Notes under the pieces: model-generated | Seen by the model: the letters and a program-made list of their open reading frames with translations, nothing else | The model's database searches: none | Told to the model about the DNA's origin: nothing | Translations under genes and position numbers: made by a program | In this document: piece after piece, positions 33,459-44,129 of the stretch | How positions within the stretch are numbered: the stretch's first letter is position 1 | Layout: every line of letters starts with the position of its first letter | NCBI GenBank assembly: GCA_030390025.1 | Contig: CM059432.1 | Location: 107,076,001 to 107,140,000, forward strand | DNA from: Squalus acanthias | Lineage: Eukaryota | DNA: 64,000 bases | Reading direction: 5' to 3'

Positions 33459-34366
33459 AGTCTCTTAGCAAGCAAAGTTATGAAGGCCAAAAACCAAAGT
33501 ACCTGCCAAGTTATGATCAGTAGCCAAAACTACCTCACACAGCGTTGACTCAATGCAGAAGTCTCTCTTTCTCTCTCTCCGAATCTCTCTCTCTCTCTCT
33601 CAGAACGAGTGGTGCAAAAATGTCAACCACAGAGAAAGACAGGAAGAGGCCCCCTTTAAATAGCGCCCCCCCCCCCCAGCCCCACAGCGACTGATAGCGT
33701 TCCAGTCTTCCGGTCGTTGGATGCGCCAGGCGGAAAGGATGGGGGCGCCACTCAATTTCCGCTCCGGGGCGCCACAAGGGCGTTGCACCCTCGTATGACG
33801 TCAAGATCTGCGTGCGCAGGAGATCGCGGCGGTAAAGTTTAGCGCCGCCGCAAAATGTCTAGTTAAGTTCGCGAGCGGCGCAAACATCGCTGCGCCCAGG
33901 CGCCAGCTGCTTTGCACCCCATTAGCGCCCTCTTAAGGCGCTAACGGGAGGCGCAACCAACTGAATTTTCCCCCCAGAGTTTTGCGTCACATCTGTCCGG
34001 CCGGACTGGCTGGTCATGCGGTGATTGGTTCTCAAGTGTAACCGTTGTACTATTATTGTCTTAGTGGGCCTCCTTGGTGGGCCTCACACATACGCATGTT
34101 GACCACAGACATTACTCATCGCACTGTGTCAGCGAAACCATTCTGTATTTACGAATTTACCTTTTACAGCACATTCTTTAACTTTTACGTTGCTGCTTTA
34201 AGCCCTATAATTTTTACCCTAACAGAATGATCTATGGAATCCTAAACTGCACCTAGAGTTTGGCTTTATTCTTCCATTTGGCAGGACTGCTGTCATCGCT
34301 GCATCGTATGGTATGAATAAATCTCAGCTGTAACTGCACTGTACAGTGTAAACAATTCTGAGCTGT

Positions 34367-34800
34367 AACTACAATAACAACTTGCATTTATATAGTGCCT
34401 TTAACATAGTAAAACATCCCACTGCGCTTTACAAGTGCGTTATCAAACACAATTTGACACCAAGCCACATAAAGAGATATCAGGACAGCTGACTGATAGC
34501 TTGGTCAAAGAGGTAGGTTTTAAGAAGCGTCTTAAAGGAGGCGAGAGAGGTAGAGAGGCAGAGAGGTTTAGGGAGAGAATTCCAGAGCTTAGGGCCTAGG
34601 CAGCTATTAAAATTGGACATTCACACAAGGGCAGAATTAGAGGAGCACAGAGACCTCGAAGGCTTGTAGGGCTGGAGGAGGTTACAGAGATAGGACGGGG
34701 TGAGGTCATGGAGGGATTTAAAAACAAGGATGAGAATTGCCGGACCGGGAGCCAATGTAGGTCAGCGAGCACAGGGGTGACAAGTAAACGGGACTTGAAC
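34367..34800 (-). mobile_element. L2-type LINE 3' fragment
   Basis: TPVLADLHWLPV motif and (TTG)n-type tail; reverse complement of 35270-35708. Confidence 0.85.
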
Positions 34801-35069
34801 AGAATTGGGCACAATACTCCAGCTGAGAAATGACCACTGATTTATAAAGATTTAGCATAACTTCCTTGCTTTTTTTTACTCTATACCTCTATTTATAAAG
34901 CCAAGGATAAACTGTAGTTTTTCATGAAAATGTGAACTAGGCTGAGTTTATCTGGGTGGGTAGAGACACAGATGAGGTGGGGCCCACAATCTCTCATAAT
35001 AAAAATAGAAAATGCTGGAAATACTCAGCAGGTCAGGCAACTGGCAGAAGTTAGAGATGTAAAAGGTTT

Positions 35070-35708
35070 TACATCGCCTGTCTCCGCCCCTGCCTCAGCT
35101 CATCTGCTGCTGAAACCCTCATCAATGCCTTTGTTACCTCTAGACATGATTATTCCAACGCACTCCTCTCCGGCCTCCCACGTTCTACCCTCCGTAAACT
35201 TGAGGTCATCCAAAACTCTGCTGGCCGTGTCCTAACTCGCACAAAGTCCCGTTCACCCATCACCCCTGTGCTCGCTGACCTACATTGGCTCCTGGTTAAA
35301 CAACGCCTCGATTTTAATATTCTCATCCTTGTTTTCAAATCCCTCCATGGCCTCACCCCTCCCTATCTCTGTAATCTCCTCTAGTGCCACAGCTCCCCGA
35401 GATATCTGTGCTCCTCTAATTCTGCCCTCGAGCATCCCCGATTATAATCGCTCAACCATTGACGGCTGTGCCTTCAGCTGCCGAGGTCCTAAGCTTTGGA
35501 ATTCCCTGCCTAATCCTCTCCGCCTTGCTACCTCTCTTTCCTCCTTTAAGATGCTCCTTAAAACCTACCTCTTCGACCAAGCTTTTGGTCACCTGCCCTA
35601 ATATCTCATGTGGCTCGGCATCAAATTTTGTTTGATAACACTCCTGTGAAGCACCGTGGGATGTTTTACTACGTTAAAGGCGCTATATAAATACAAGTTG
35701 TTGTTGTT
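35070..35708 (+). mobile_element. L2-type LINE 3' fragment
   Basis: Encodes IQNSAGRVL...ITPVLADLHWL and AFSCRGPKLWNSLP...LLKTYLF; ends tataaatacaag(ttg)n. Flanked by Penelope-like pieces (about 35000-35065 and 35710-35860). Confidence 0.88.
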
Positions 35709-35888
35709 AAGTAAGTGCAGAGGCAGGGAAAGTTGGGGATGGGAGGAAGGAACAAAAGAGTGGGGAAGCATTGTTCTGTGATAGGGTGGAAGGCAGGAGT
35801 GATTAAATGACAAAAGGAATGATGGGCAAGGCAAAAGGTGGTGGTAATGTGACAAAAGGTGGGTCTTTCATTGGCTCCTTGGAACACT

Positions 35889-36014
35889 ATTACAAAAGCA
35901 AAATACTGCGAATGCTGGAAATCTGAAATAAAAACAGAAAATGCTGGAAATACTCAGCAAGTCAGGCAGCATCTGTAGAGAGAGAAACAGAGTTAACGTT
36001 TCAGGTCGATGACC
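35889..36014 (-). mobile_element. Penelope-derived short insertion at the promoter edge
   Basis: 14-bp TSD ctccttggaacact (35875-35888, 36015-36028). Truncated within hammerhead stem II. Same family as 55271-55369 and 56044-56254. Confidence 0.85.
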
Positions 36015-36054
36015 CTCCTTGGAACACTTCTCGGCAACTTCGCAAACAGAACAG

Positions 36055-36660
36055 GGAGATGGCGAGATGGACGGGCTGAGCCAATCAAAGGGCGTCTCTC
36101 ACAGAAACCAGTCTAATTAGGTTCAATCCTCCAATCACGGACTACGTGACAGCATTCTGTGCTGAAGTGAACAAACGGACACAGGCCAATTAATGAGAGG
36201 GCAGGCCCGCGCTGACAACCTATCAGCAAGTGTTGACATTATGGTGAACAACGACCAATGTAAAACCACCTTTCTGTGGTTTACACCCGCTTCCGTTGTT
36301 ATCCAATAAAACAATGAGTATCAGAATGTTTCGTTAGATGCACCCAATTAACTGTTGTGTCTTATTGTGCGTCGGTGGTGTTCTCCAATGAGAAAACGGA
36401 TAGGTGGGTTTCTCGCTGATACAATAGCAAAATACTGCGGTTTCTCGCTGGTCTGGCGAATGAGAGAGGATGTTTTGCTCAATTGGACCGGTATTGACCA
36501 ATGAGGCATCACGTGGCCCGGAGCCGGTTAGGAGCCAATCAGAGAACTCGTGTTATGGTTTCGGCGATGAGGGGGATGGCGGCGCGGATTCAGCCAATGG
36601 GAGCGCTTGTGTCATGCGGTGGTGTTTGCTCGGAGTGGAGAGTAAGCGGGTGTCGGGGAC
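36055..36660 (+). promoter_or_regulatory. CCAAT-rich promoter with no obvious TATA box
   Basis: CCAAT at 36081, 36131, 36186, 36255, 36303, 36344, 36385, 36498, 36535, 36594; ATTGG at 36482; E-box CACGTG 36510-36515; ETS-like CTTCCG near 36290; YY1-like GATGGCG near 36058 and 36575. Confidence 0.8.
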
Positions 36661-37250
36661 GCTGCGTGTCTGTGGCCATGGCTGGAGCCGGAGTCTCTCG
36701 CAGCGCGGCGCTCGGCTGCTTGCTGCTGATGATGATCGGCGTCTCCCGAGTGCTGGGTGAGTGATGGATGGGGAGCGGTAGCGGCGCCGGCGGGTCGCCG
36801 TTGCCCGTCTTGCAGACATGGCGAGGGGCCGCGGAGAGGGGGGCGGGGAGAGGTATTGTTCAAGAGAGACCCGGGGGCCGGGGAGTGAGAGCGGCCTAGT
36901 GGAGGGGCGATGGGGCAGTGAATCTGGCCTTGATGGACGCGGCATTGTTTCTGGGGCGAGGAATGTGAGCGAGTCCCCTGCAGGAGGGCAGACAGGGCCC
37001 CGTCTCCTTGACAACATTGACCCTGAGGTGAGCAGCTCCCGGCCCGGGGTGGGGGAGGAGGTCAGTGGGTTTCAACACCCGGATGTGGTTGCTATGGTAA
37101 ATCCTAGGGCTCGCAGAGTTGACCACTCGCTCCAACAAAGCAAAGGGCAGCGCGGCTGGGAGCCGCGCCACTCTCGTCCTAACTTTGACCGGGCAGGGGA
37201 GGGGGGAGTTTAACACCTTCCAAAAATGCCTCTTCCCCCCCCCCCCCCCC
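36480..37250. other. CpG island
   Basis: Non-repetitive, visibly GC- and CpG-rich stretch spanning the first exon, against CpG-poor flanks. Confidence 0.85.
36678..36756 (+). CDS. First coding exon of an unidentified secreted or membrane protein (signal peptide MAGAGVSRSAALGCLLLMMIGVSRVL)
   Basis: Kozak gccATGg, hydrophobic core, consensus donor G/GTGAGT, 79 nt (phase 1, typical of leader exons), within a CpG island. The rest of the window is presumably intron 1. Confidence 0.8.
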
Positions 37251-39672
37251 CATCAAAAAATAAAAAACGACCCCCCTCCCTCTCTCTTTGCAACAGTTAC
37301 CCCGCTCGCTACAGAGCCTGGATGGTCTTGAGTTGAGCGGGGGTTGGTTCAGACCAATTGCATTTATTATCCTAATTAATTTGACTGGCAGGGTTTGAAA
37401 AAAAACTTGCATTTATATAGCAACTTTCACGACCATCAGACGTCCCAAAGCGCTTTACAGCCAATGAAGTACTTTTTAAGTGTAGTCACTTGTAATGTCG
37501 GAAAGATAGTTGTAAATAAAAGCTGGAAACATGCAGCAGAGAAGACAGGTTGGGTACAAACCTCTGCATTGTGGATTAAAAATCATTTCAGTAGCTACAC
37601 ATGTGGCTGTAGCTTTGGGTAAACAACTGGACAATAACTGCCTGTGTTGTAGGACATGAGCTGTATGTGGACATCTTTGGAAATGTGGAGCTGGTTTTGT
37701 GAGATGGTGTATTAGTTGATTGTGAGGAGAATTTTGTACTGAAGATTTGTGTGTTACTTTGGAAAAAGTGAAAGATTTATTTTAAACTGATCCACCTTCT
37801 AAGACTGTTAGCAGCTTGTCCTAACTGGAGCTGATTCTGTGGTCTGCTCAATATGTAGTTCCTCACGGTGTAGCATTGCTTTTCCTTAGTGTGCTACAAA
37901 ATAAATAAACAATTTGCATTGATTTATTTTAATGTGAAAGTAAGTCCTGTGGTACTTTATGAATAGGTGTAATGTCTAAACACAATTGTAAAGTACTTTT
38001 CAGATGGTTGGACATGATAAAGTGACATATAAGTGCAAGTGTTTAAAAAAAAAAATACACAAATGTAGTTGCTTTTGTATTGGCCTATAAGTCGAGTTCC
38101 AGTAGTTCAGTATCTGAATTGGCTGCCAGTGTTTATGTTGTTAAGGTAGTCTCTGAAACTCTGGGGTGGGTGGCGGCGGAAGCTAGATCTCCAAGTATGC
38201 CGCCAGTCTACAGAAACCACAATTAGTAGTATAGATGCTGTGTTCGCAGAATCTGACTTTTAAAAAAGGACCAAGATAAAAACTCTTATGAGGATATTAA
38301 GTATCATTAACTGCTAAGAGGACTTGTAATCTCTCTTACAGTGAATGTTTGGGTTCCACCCTAGAATTGACATTCACACAAGTAAAGTTTACTGTATAAA
38401 ATACACGGGATATTAACATTCTACTTACGGGAACGTGAACATTATTTCACTTAAATATGCAAGTAGCAGGCTAAGGGTTAAACCCCTCTACTCCAGAGCA
38501 GTGTTTTTGTGCCACTATGGAAATCTGTTGAGGTTGATTGCAAATCTTCTTCCACCATCCTAGGAATAACACACGTTTGAGATTCATAACTAATGCATGA
38601 CAAAGTTAGAGTTGATGCTAATGAATGTAGACTTGTTAATACTTCAAGGAGTTTGCTTCACATTTCCATTGGTTTAAACCAGTAGGCTATTATCCACAGG
38701 AGTTTTGGGCCTCATTGAGTTTGTGACTTTGGTCGTTGGTGTCACAGCAGTTTTAAATGTATTTTTTTCCTGAAAATATACATCTATGTGGCACTTGTAT
38801 AGAGTGCACTAGACATGAGGCTGCCATAGGCAAGTAAGTTAGACTCGCAGGTGGCTTTATGTCTGTTAAATCACGGAATTATGTAATGTATTTTATATGT
38901 TGTGTCTACATTAACATCATGATGTTTATTAAATGGTTAGTTAAGATCATAAGTACACTTTACTAGGTAGAAGGTTGGACATTGTGGTGATGCTGATGTG
39001 GATATGTTGTGTCTGGCCCTAGGCACAATCTATCCAAGCTCAGCTGCTGCACTAACATTGTGTAGGAAGAGAGGCATTGTTTGGAGGAATGGAGAAAAGC
39101 ATGTATTTTGAAAGAATCTGGCTTGAATTGTAGGAGAAGCAGTATCGAGTATGGAACAGTTAGCTCCTAGAAAATTATAAGAAGTGGCAGAGAAATCTGA
39201 GAGGAGGAATTGTATAAGGGACATCCAAACTAAAAGCATTAGTGTGGTTGGGAGATGGACATAAACAACCAGCAAGAGATAAGCAGATGGGGTGTGGTGG
39301 AAATGCCAGAGAAGTGGTGTCTGCTAGTTTTTGTGCTTGAACAGACAGTGCTGCTCCACTCCTATCCTTTTATGGCATTTATCATTTGTAGAACACATCT
39401 GGGGCAATCTTTTTGCATTAACAATAATACTGGGAAATCCTGTGCAGCAATTGGAGGCTTGGCTGTGACGATGAAAATAGTTTGCATATAATAAAATAAT
39501 TGGAGATTTACAGATATGCAGAAAGTCATATCTCTTGGGTGTCATTGGTGTAATAAACTGTAGATTGTGTTCCAAGGGAGTTTAGGGAACCTTGATTTGT
39601 CACAATGTATTTACTGACATACAGTGCTAATGCGATAATTGTGTGCAGATTGTGTGAACATTTTTAACTGAT

Positions 39673-40035
39673 ATGGGGGCACAGTTAGATTAACCATTCA
39701 GTTGCATTGCCGTATAACATCTGGTGCTGGGTTTGAGTCCAGCTCAGAATTGTGGAGTGAACGCCTTTGCTCCTTGGCTGTAAAGGTCTTGTAAAATACC
39801 TTTGGGTAGTCTTGATCATTTTCCTTTCAGGCACGAGTCCACAGAACTGTCTAGCATTTGGAATAAATAGTCAATCTCATTTGATAAGGGCCAATAGGAC
39901 TGCTGGTCTGGAAAATGGGATTGCATGACTGAATGGGTGTTCTTCAGAGCCAGGGTTGAGCCATTTTGTTAGGGCAGAGTGGAAGGAGTTTTACTTGTGG
40001 CTTTGCTATACCTGATCTGGGAATGTTTGATGGGT
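39673..40035 (+). mobile_element. LF-SINE-like ancient SINE (copy B)
   Basis: Near-identical to 17975-18325. Confidence 0.55.
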
Positions 40036-40287
40036 GATAAAAGTGAAAAAGTGTTTACCTTCCTACTGATTATGTCTCATCACAAAATGCTGTCTTTACT
40101 TCTGCTTCTCTCCCCCACCACAAAATCATGATGGTAAAGACCTGGCAAGTGAGTGTGTTTAAATGGGAAGTACAATATGGTGGTGGGTGGGGTGGTAGTT
40201 TTATAGAAGAAAATATTAGATTTGCATTCCTAGTCTGAAGATTGGTTTCCTGGCAGCTGGACAGCTCTGGAGTGGCTCTCTGTCTGG

Positions 40288-40932
40288 ACATCATCCAAAA
40301 ACAGTGTCAGGTTCCACATGTAGGCTGACGACACCCAGCTCTACCTCACCATTACCTCTCTCGACCCCTCCACTGTCTCTAAATTGTCTGACTGTTTGTC
40401 CAATATCCAGTACTGGATGAGCACAAATTTCTTCCAACTAAATATTGGGAAGACCTAAGCCATTGTCTTTGGTCCCTGCCACAAACTCTTCCCAGGCACT
40501 GACTCTATCCCTCTCCCTGACAACTGTCTGGGACTGAACCTGTTCGCAACCTAGGTGTTGTATTTGAGCCCGAAATGAGCTATCTCTGTAATCTGCTTCA
40601 GCCCTACAACCCTCGATCTCTGCGCTCCTCCAATTCTGGCATTTTGCACATCCCCTCTTTTAATTGCACTGCCATTGGCGGCTGTGCTTTCAGCTGCCGA
40701 GGCCCTAAGCTCTGGAATTCCCTCCCTAAACCTCTCTGCCTCTCCTCCTTCTTTCTTTCCTCCTTTAAGGCGCTCCTTAAAACCTACCTCTTTGACCAAG
40801 CTATTGGTCATCTGCCCTAATATCTCCTTATGTAGCTCGGTGTGAAATTTCGTTTGTTAACTCTCTTGTGGAGCACCATGGGACGTTTTACTATGTTAAA
40901 AGTGCTATATAAATGCAAGTTGTTGTTGTTTT
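40288..40932 (+). mobile_element. L2-type LINE fragment with an internal deletion
   Basis: RT motif (A)DDTQLYL near 40324 and an L2 tail ending (ttg)n. Absent from the paralog near 23866. Confidence 0.87.
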
Positions 40933-41679
40933 GTTTTAAGTCTCATTTCTGTTGTGGATTGGCCAGGTATGCATAGAATGCATCCAGTCAGTGATATCAC
41001 TTGAGTGATAGTGGAGGGAGTGCTGTATTTGCAGTTCTGCATTAAGAAGATAAGTGTTTTTTTTTAAAAAATAAGAGGGGGGAGTAATTTGAGCAAGCAG
41101 TATCCCCTGGACTTTCCTTCCCCTCTATTTTGTTGTCATCAGCATTGCAGGTTAAGTACTTGGCTCTGTGCTGCAGAAATGTGCAGTCAAAACTTAGTGT
41201 CTTGTTAATATAAAAGTTGCAATTTCAGGGGAAAGATTTTGCAGTTACAATATGGTTTATCCAAGAACTAGAATTTGAATTGGCTGGACCTAGCAGCATT
41301 ATAATTTGATTCTATACTATATATCAACTTTTGTATTGAATTAACATTTAATATGGTACAATATTTGTTAATCAGTTATCTGAATAATTCAGTTATCTGA
41401 ACAGGGATATTTCTTGAAGTTGTTTGGATAAAAGATGTCTCACTCTACAGAGCAGTGCTGAGCTGTAAAGGAATTGCAAACAGATTTATTAAAATTATTC
41501 CTTAAATAAAGTAAAATTCCTGTGACATCAAAAACTATGTGTGGCTATGTGTTCCACTATGGTGCTCTAATAATTGCCCTCATTAGTTTTCCTTCTGTGG
41601 AGCTTAAAATGAAAGTTTTATATTTGTGATTGGATTGCTTTGTCTGGTGGAGTTGGGTTTAATGATTAAAGCAGCCAAA

Positions 41680-42090
41680 GAATGAACTTGCATTTATGTA
41701 TTGGCTTTCACTCCCTCAGGACATCCCAAACCGCTTCACAACAATAAATTACTTTTGAAGTGTCGTAACTGTTATGTAGGCAAACGTGACAACTAATTTG
41801 TGCATGGCAAGGTCCCACAAACACTGGCGTAAACAACCAGTTCATTTTTCTGGTGGTATTGGATGAAAGTTGAATGTTGCCCAGGACACTGGGAGAACAC
41901 CCTGCTCCTCTTCAAGAAAAACTGCATAGGATCTTTTACACCCACCTGAATCGGGAGATGGGGGGACCTCGGATTAATGCTTCATCCAAAAGACAGCACC
42001 TCCAACAATGAAGCAGTCTCTCGGTATAGTGTCGGCCTAAGCTTATGTCCTCAAATCCTGGAGTGGGGCATGAACCCACAACCTTCTGCC
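41680..42090 (-). mobile_element. SacSINE1/Deu-type SINE
   Basis: Degenerate reverse complement of 50024-50440. Confidence 0.75.
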
Positions 42091-42857
42091 TGGCTGTCTT
42101 TTTTAATGTTAAAGTACCCATATATAGGTGGTGGTTTAAAAATGTTATATTTATATGTTGGAAAATTGACCGAAGCTCTTCCTGTCTCTATTAAAACACA
42201 AGCTCAGCTATAGCAATAGAAGTGATCAGGTGTAACAGTGAACTTGGGTCTGCTACTGCCTAGGGAACTGGATGAGGCTGCAGGTGTTAGGGACTGCAAC
42301 TGAAATCTCCAAACTTTGTATATTTTTAAAGCGATAGTTGTGATTTGTTGTGTTGTCTTGGCTTAAATTGAGGTAGTCGAGATGCAGCTCAGATTTTAGC
42401 TGTGGCTGAGTGGGGTGGTGAATTTGAGTTTACAAGCGCACTTAATGAGAGGAAGATTTTTAGGATGGTCTATAAATCTGAAATCCAAAGGTGCTGACTT
42501 GTGCATTTTAATGGATTTCTCGTGAGCTCAAATGAACAAGACTGCATTTTTGTTTGACATTTTTCAGCTTCTAGAATCGTATGTAAAGGGGGCAGCAGCG
42601 GTTGCGAAATGGGGAAGTGACACATGCAGAGTCATTTGAAAGCTATCCTAAATGTTGGTTGTAAATATTCACAAATACAAGTTGGTAAACAGCTATTGTG
42701 TCTAAAATAACATGATTCGATTACTCCAGACGTCCTTCTGGTTGCGCAAAGTCAGCTGTGCACTACTTCCTTCTGGGAATTAAATTGAACCTGAAGCAAG
42801 TGGTGAAAAGGGAAACCATTCTCTGGTAGTTTAATTACAGCTTCAAATTTTATTTTA

Positions 42858-43722
42858 GTTCCTAATAATGAAGCAGTCCGTGCCCGCATGCAGCAAAATC
42901 TGGACTACATTCAGGCTTGGGCTGAAACATTCAGCCCAAGTAACATTCGTGCCACACAAGTGCCAGGCAATGACCATCTCTAATAAGCAAGAGTCTAAAC
43001 ACCACCCCTTGACATTCAACAGCATGACCATTGGCGAATCCCCCACCATCAACATCCTGGGGCGTCACCATTGACCAGAAACTTAACTGGACCAGCCACG
43101 TAAGTATTGTGGCTACAAGAGCAGGTCAGAGGCTGGGTATTCTGTGGTGAGTGTCTCACCTCCTGACTCCCCAAAGCCTTTCCACCATCTACAAGGCACA
43201 AGTCAGGAGTGCAGTGAAATACTCTCCACTTGCCTGGATGAGTGCAGCTCTAACAACACTCAAGAAGCTTGACACCAGCTAGGACAAAGCAGCCCGCTTG
43301 ATTGGCACCCCATCCACCACCTTAAACATTCACTCCCTCCACCACTGGTGCACTGTGGCTGCAGTGTGTACCATCTACAAGATGCACTGCAGCAACTCAC
43401 CAAGGCTTCTTTGACAGCACCTCCCAAACCCACGATCTCTACCACCTAGAAGGAGAAGGGCAGCAGGCACATGGGAACACCATCCCCTCCAAGTTACACT
43501 CCATCCTGACTTGGAAATATATCACTGTTCCTTCATCATCGCTGGGTCAAAATCCTGGAACTCCCTCCTTAACAGCACTGTGGTAGTACCTTCACCACAG
43601 GGACTGCAACGGTTCAAGAAGGCGGCTCACCACCACCTTCTCTAGGGCAATTAGTGATGGGCAATAAGTACTGGCCTTGCAAGCGATGCTCACATTCCCA
43701 GGAACGAATAAAAAAATAAAAA
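42858..43722 (+). mobile_element. CR1-group LINE 3' fragment (second family, A-rich tail)
   Basis: VTFVPHKCQAMTISNK motif; collinear with 57475-58318. Confidence 0.87.
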
Positions 43723-44129
43723 AATCCATAGATGCTTAACCTATCCAATCACTGTGGTGCAAGAATCTGCAAAGCAAGTGGCCAAAACAGTAAATTGGAG
43801 GATGTCATGCTAAATCTGTTCAGTACTCTGGCCATATCACCTCTTAAGTGCCGTGTCCAGTTCTTGTCACCAATATAGAAGGGAGACATTGGAAGGAAGA
43901 ATGAGAAGGGGCAATATAAACTAAATGGTATAATTTTAAAAGAGGTGCAGGAACAGAGATCTGGGGGTTCACATGCACAAATCATTTTAAGGTGGCAGGA
44001 CAAATTGATAACTTTTTTTAAAAAATCAGTTGGTTAGGCCTCAGCTGGAGTATTGTGTCCAGTTCAGGGCACCGGACTTTTAGGAAGGATGCCAAGGCCT
44101 TGGAGAGGTGGCAGAGGATGAAGGACTTC

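Larger units (their letters stand above)
26428..33974. mobile_element. Rearranged PIF/Harbinger transposon, interrupted by Gypsy copy 2
   Basis: Left GGGGAGAAATTTG begins exactly where similarity to the paralog (aaaacttag, about 41197) ends. Right end CTGAATTTTCCCCC has TTAGCGCC/GGCGCTAA subterminal motifs. Flanks TAG/CAG. Pairing of the two ends is inferred. Confidence 0.7.

Noticed and set aside
36498..36516. ER stress element (CCAAT-N9-CCACG)
   Set aside because: Spacing and sequence do not fit the consensus; read as CCAAT plus E-box.
36470..37331. ORF-track proteins across the CpG island
   Set aside because: GC-rich open frames; only the ATG at 36678 has Kozak, signal-peptide and donor support.
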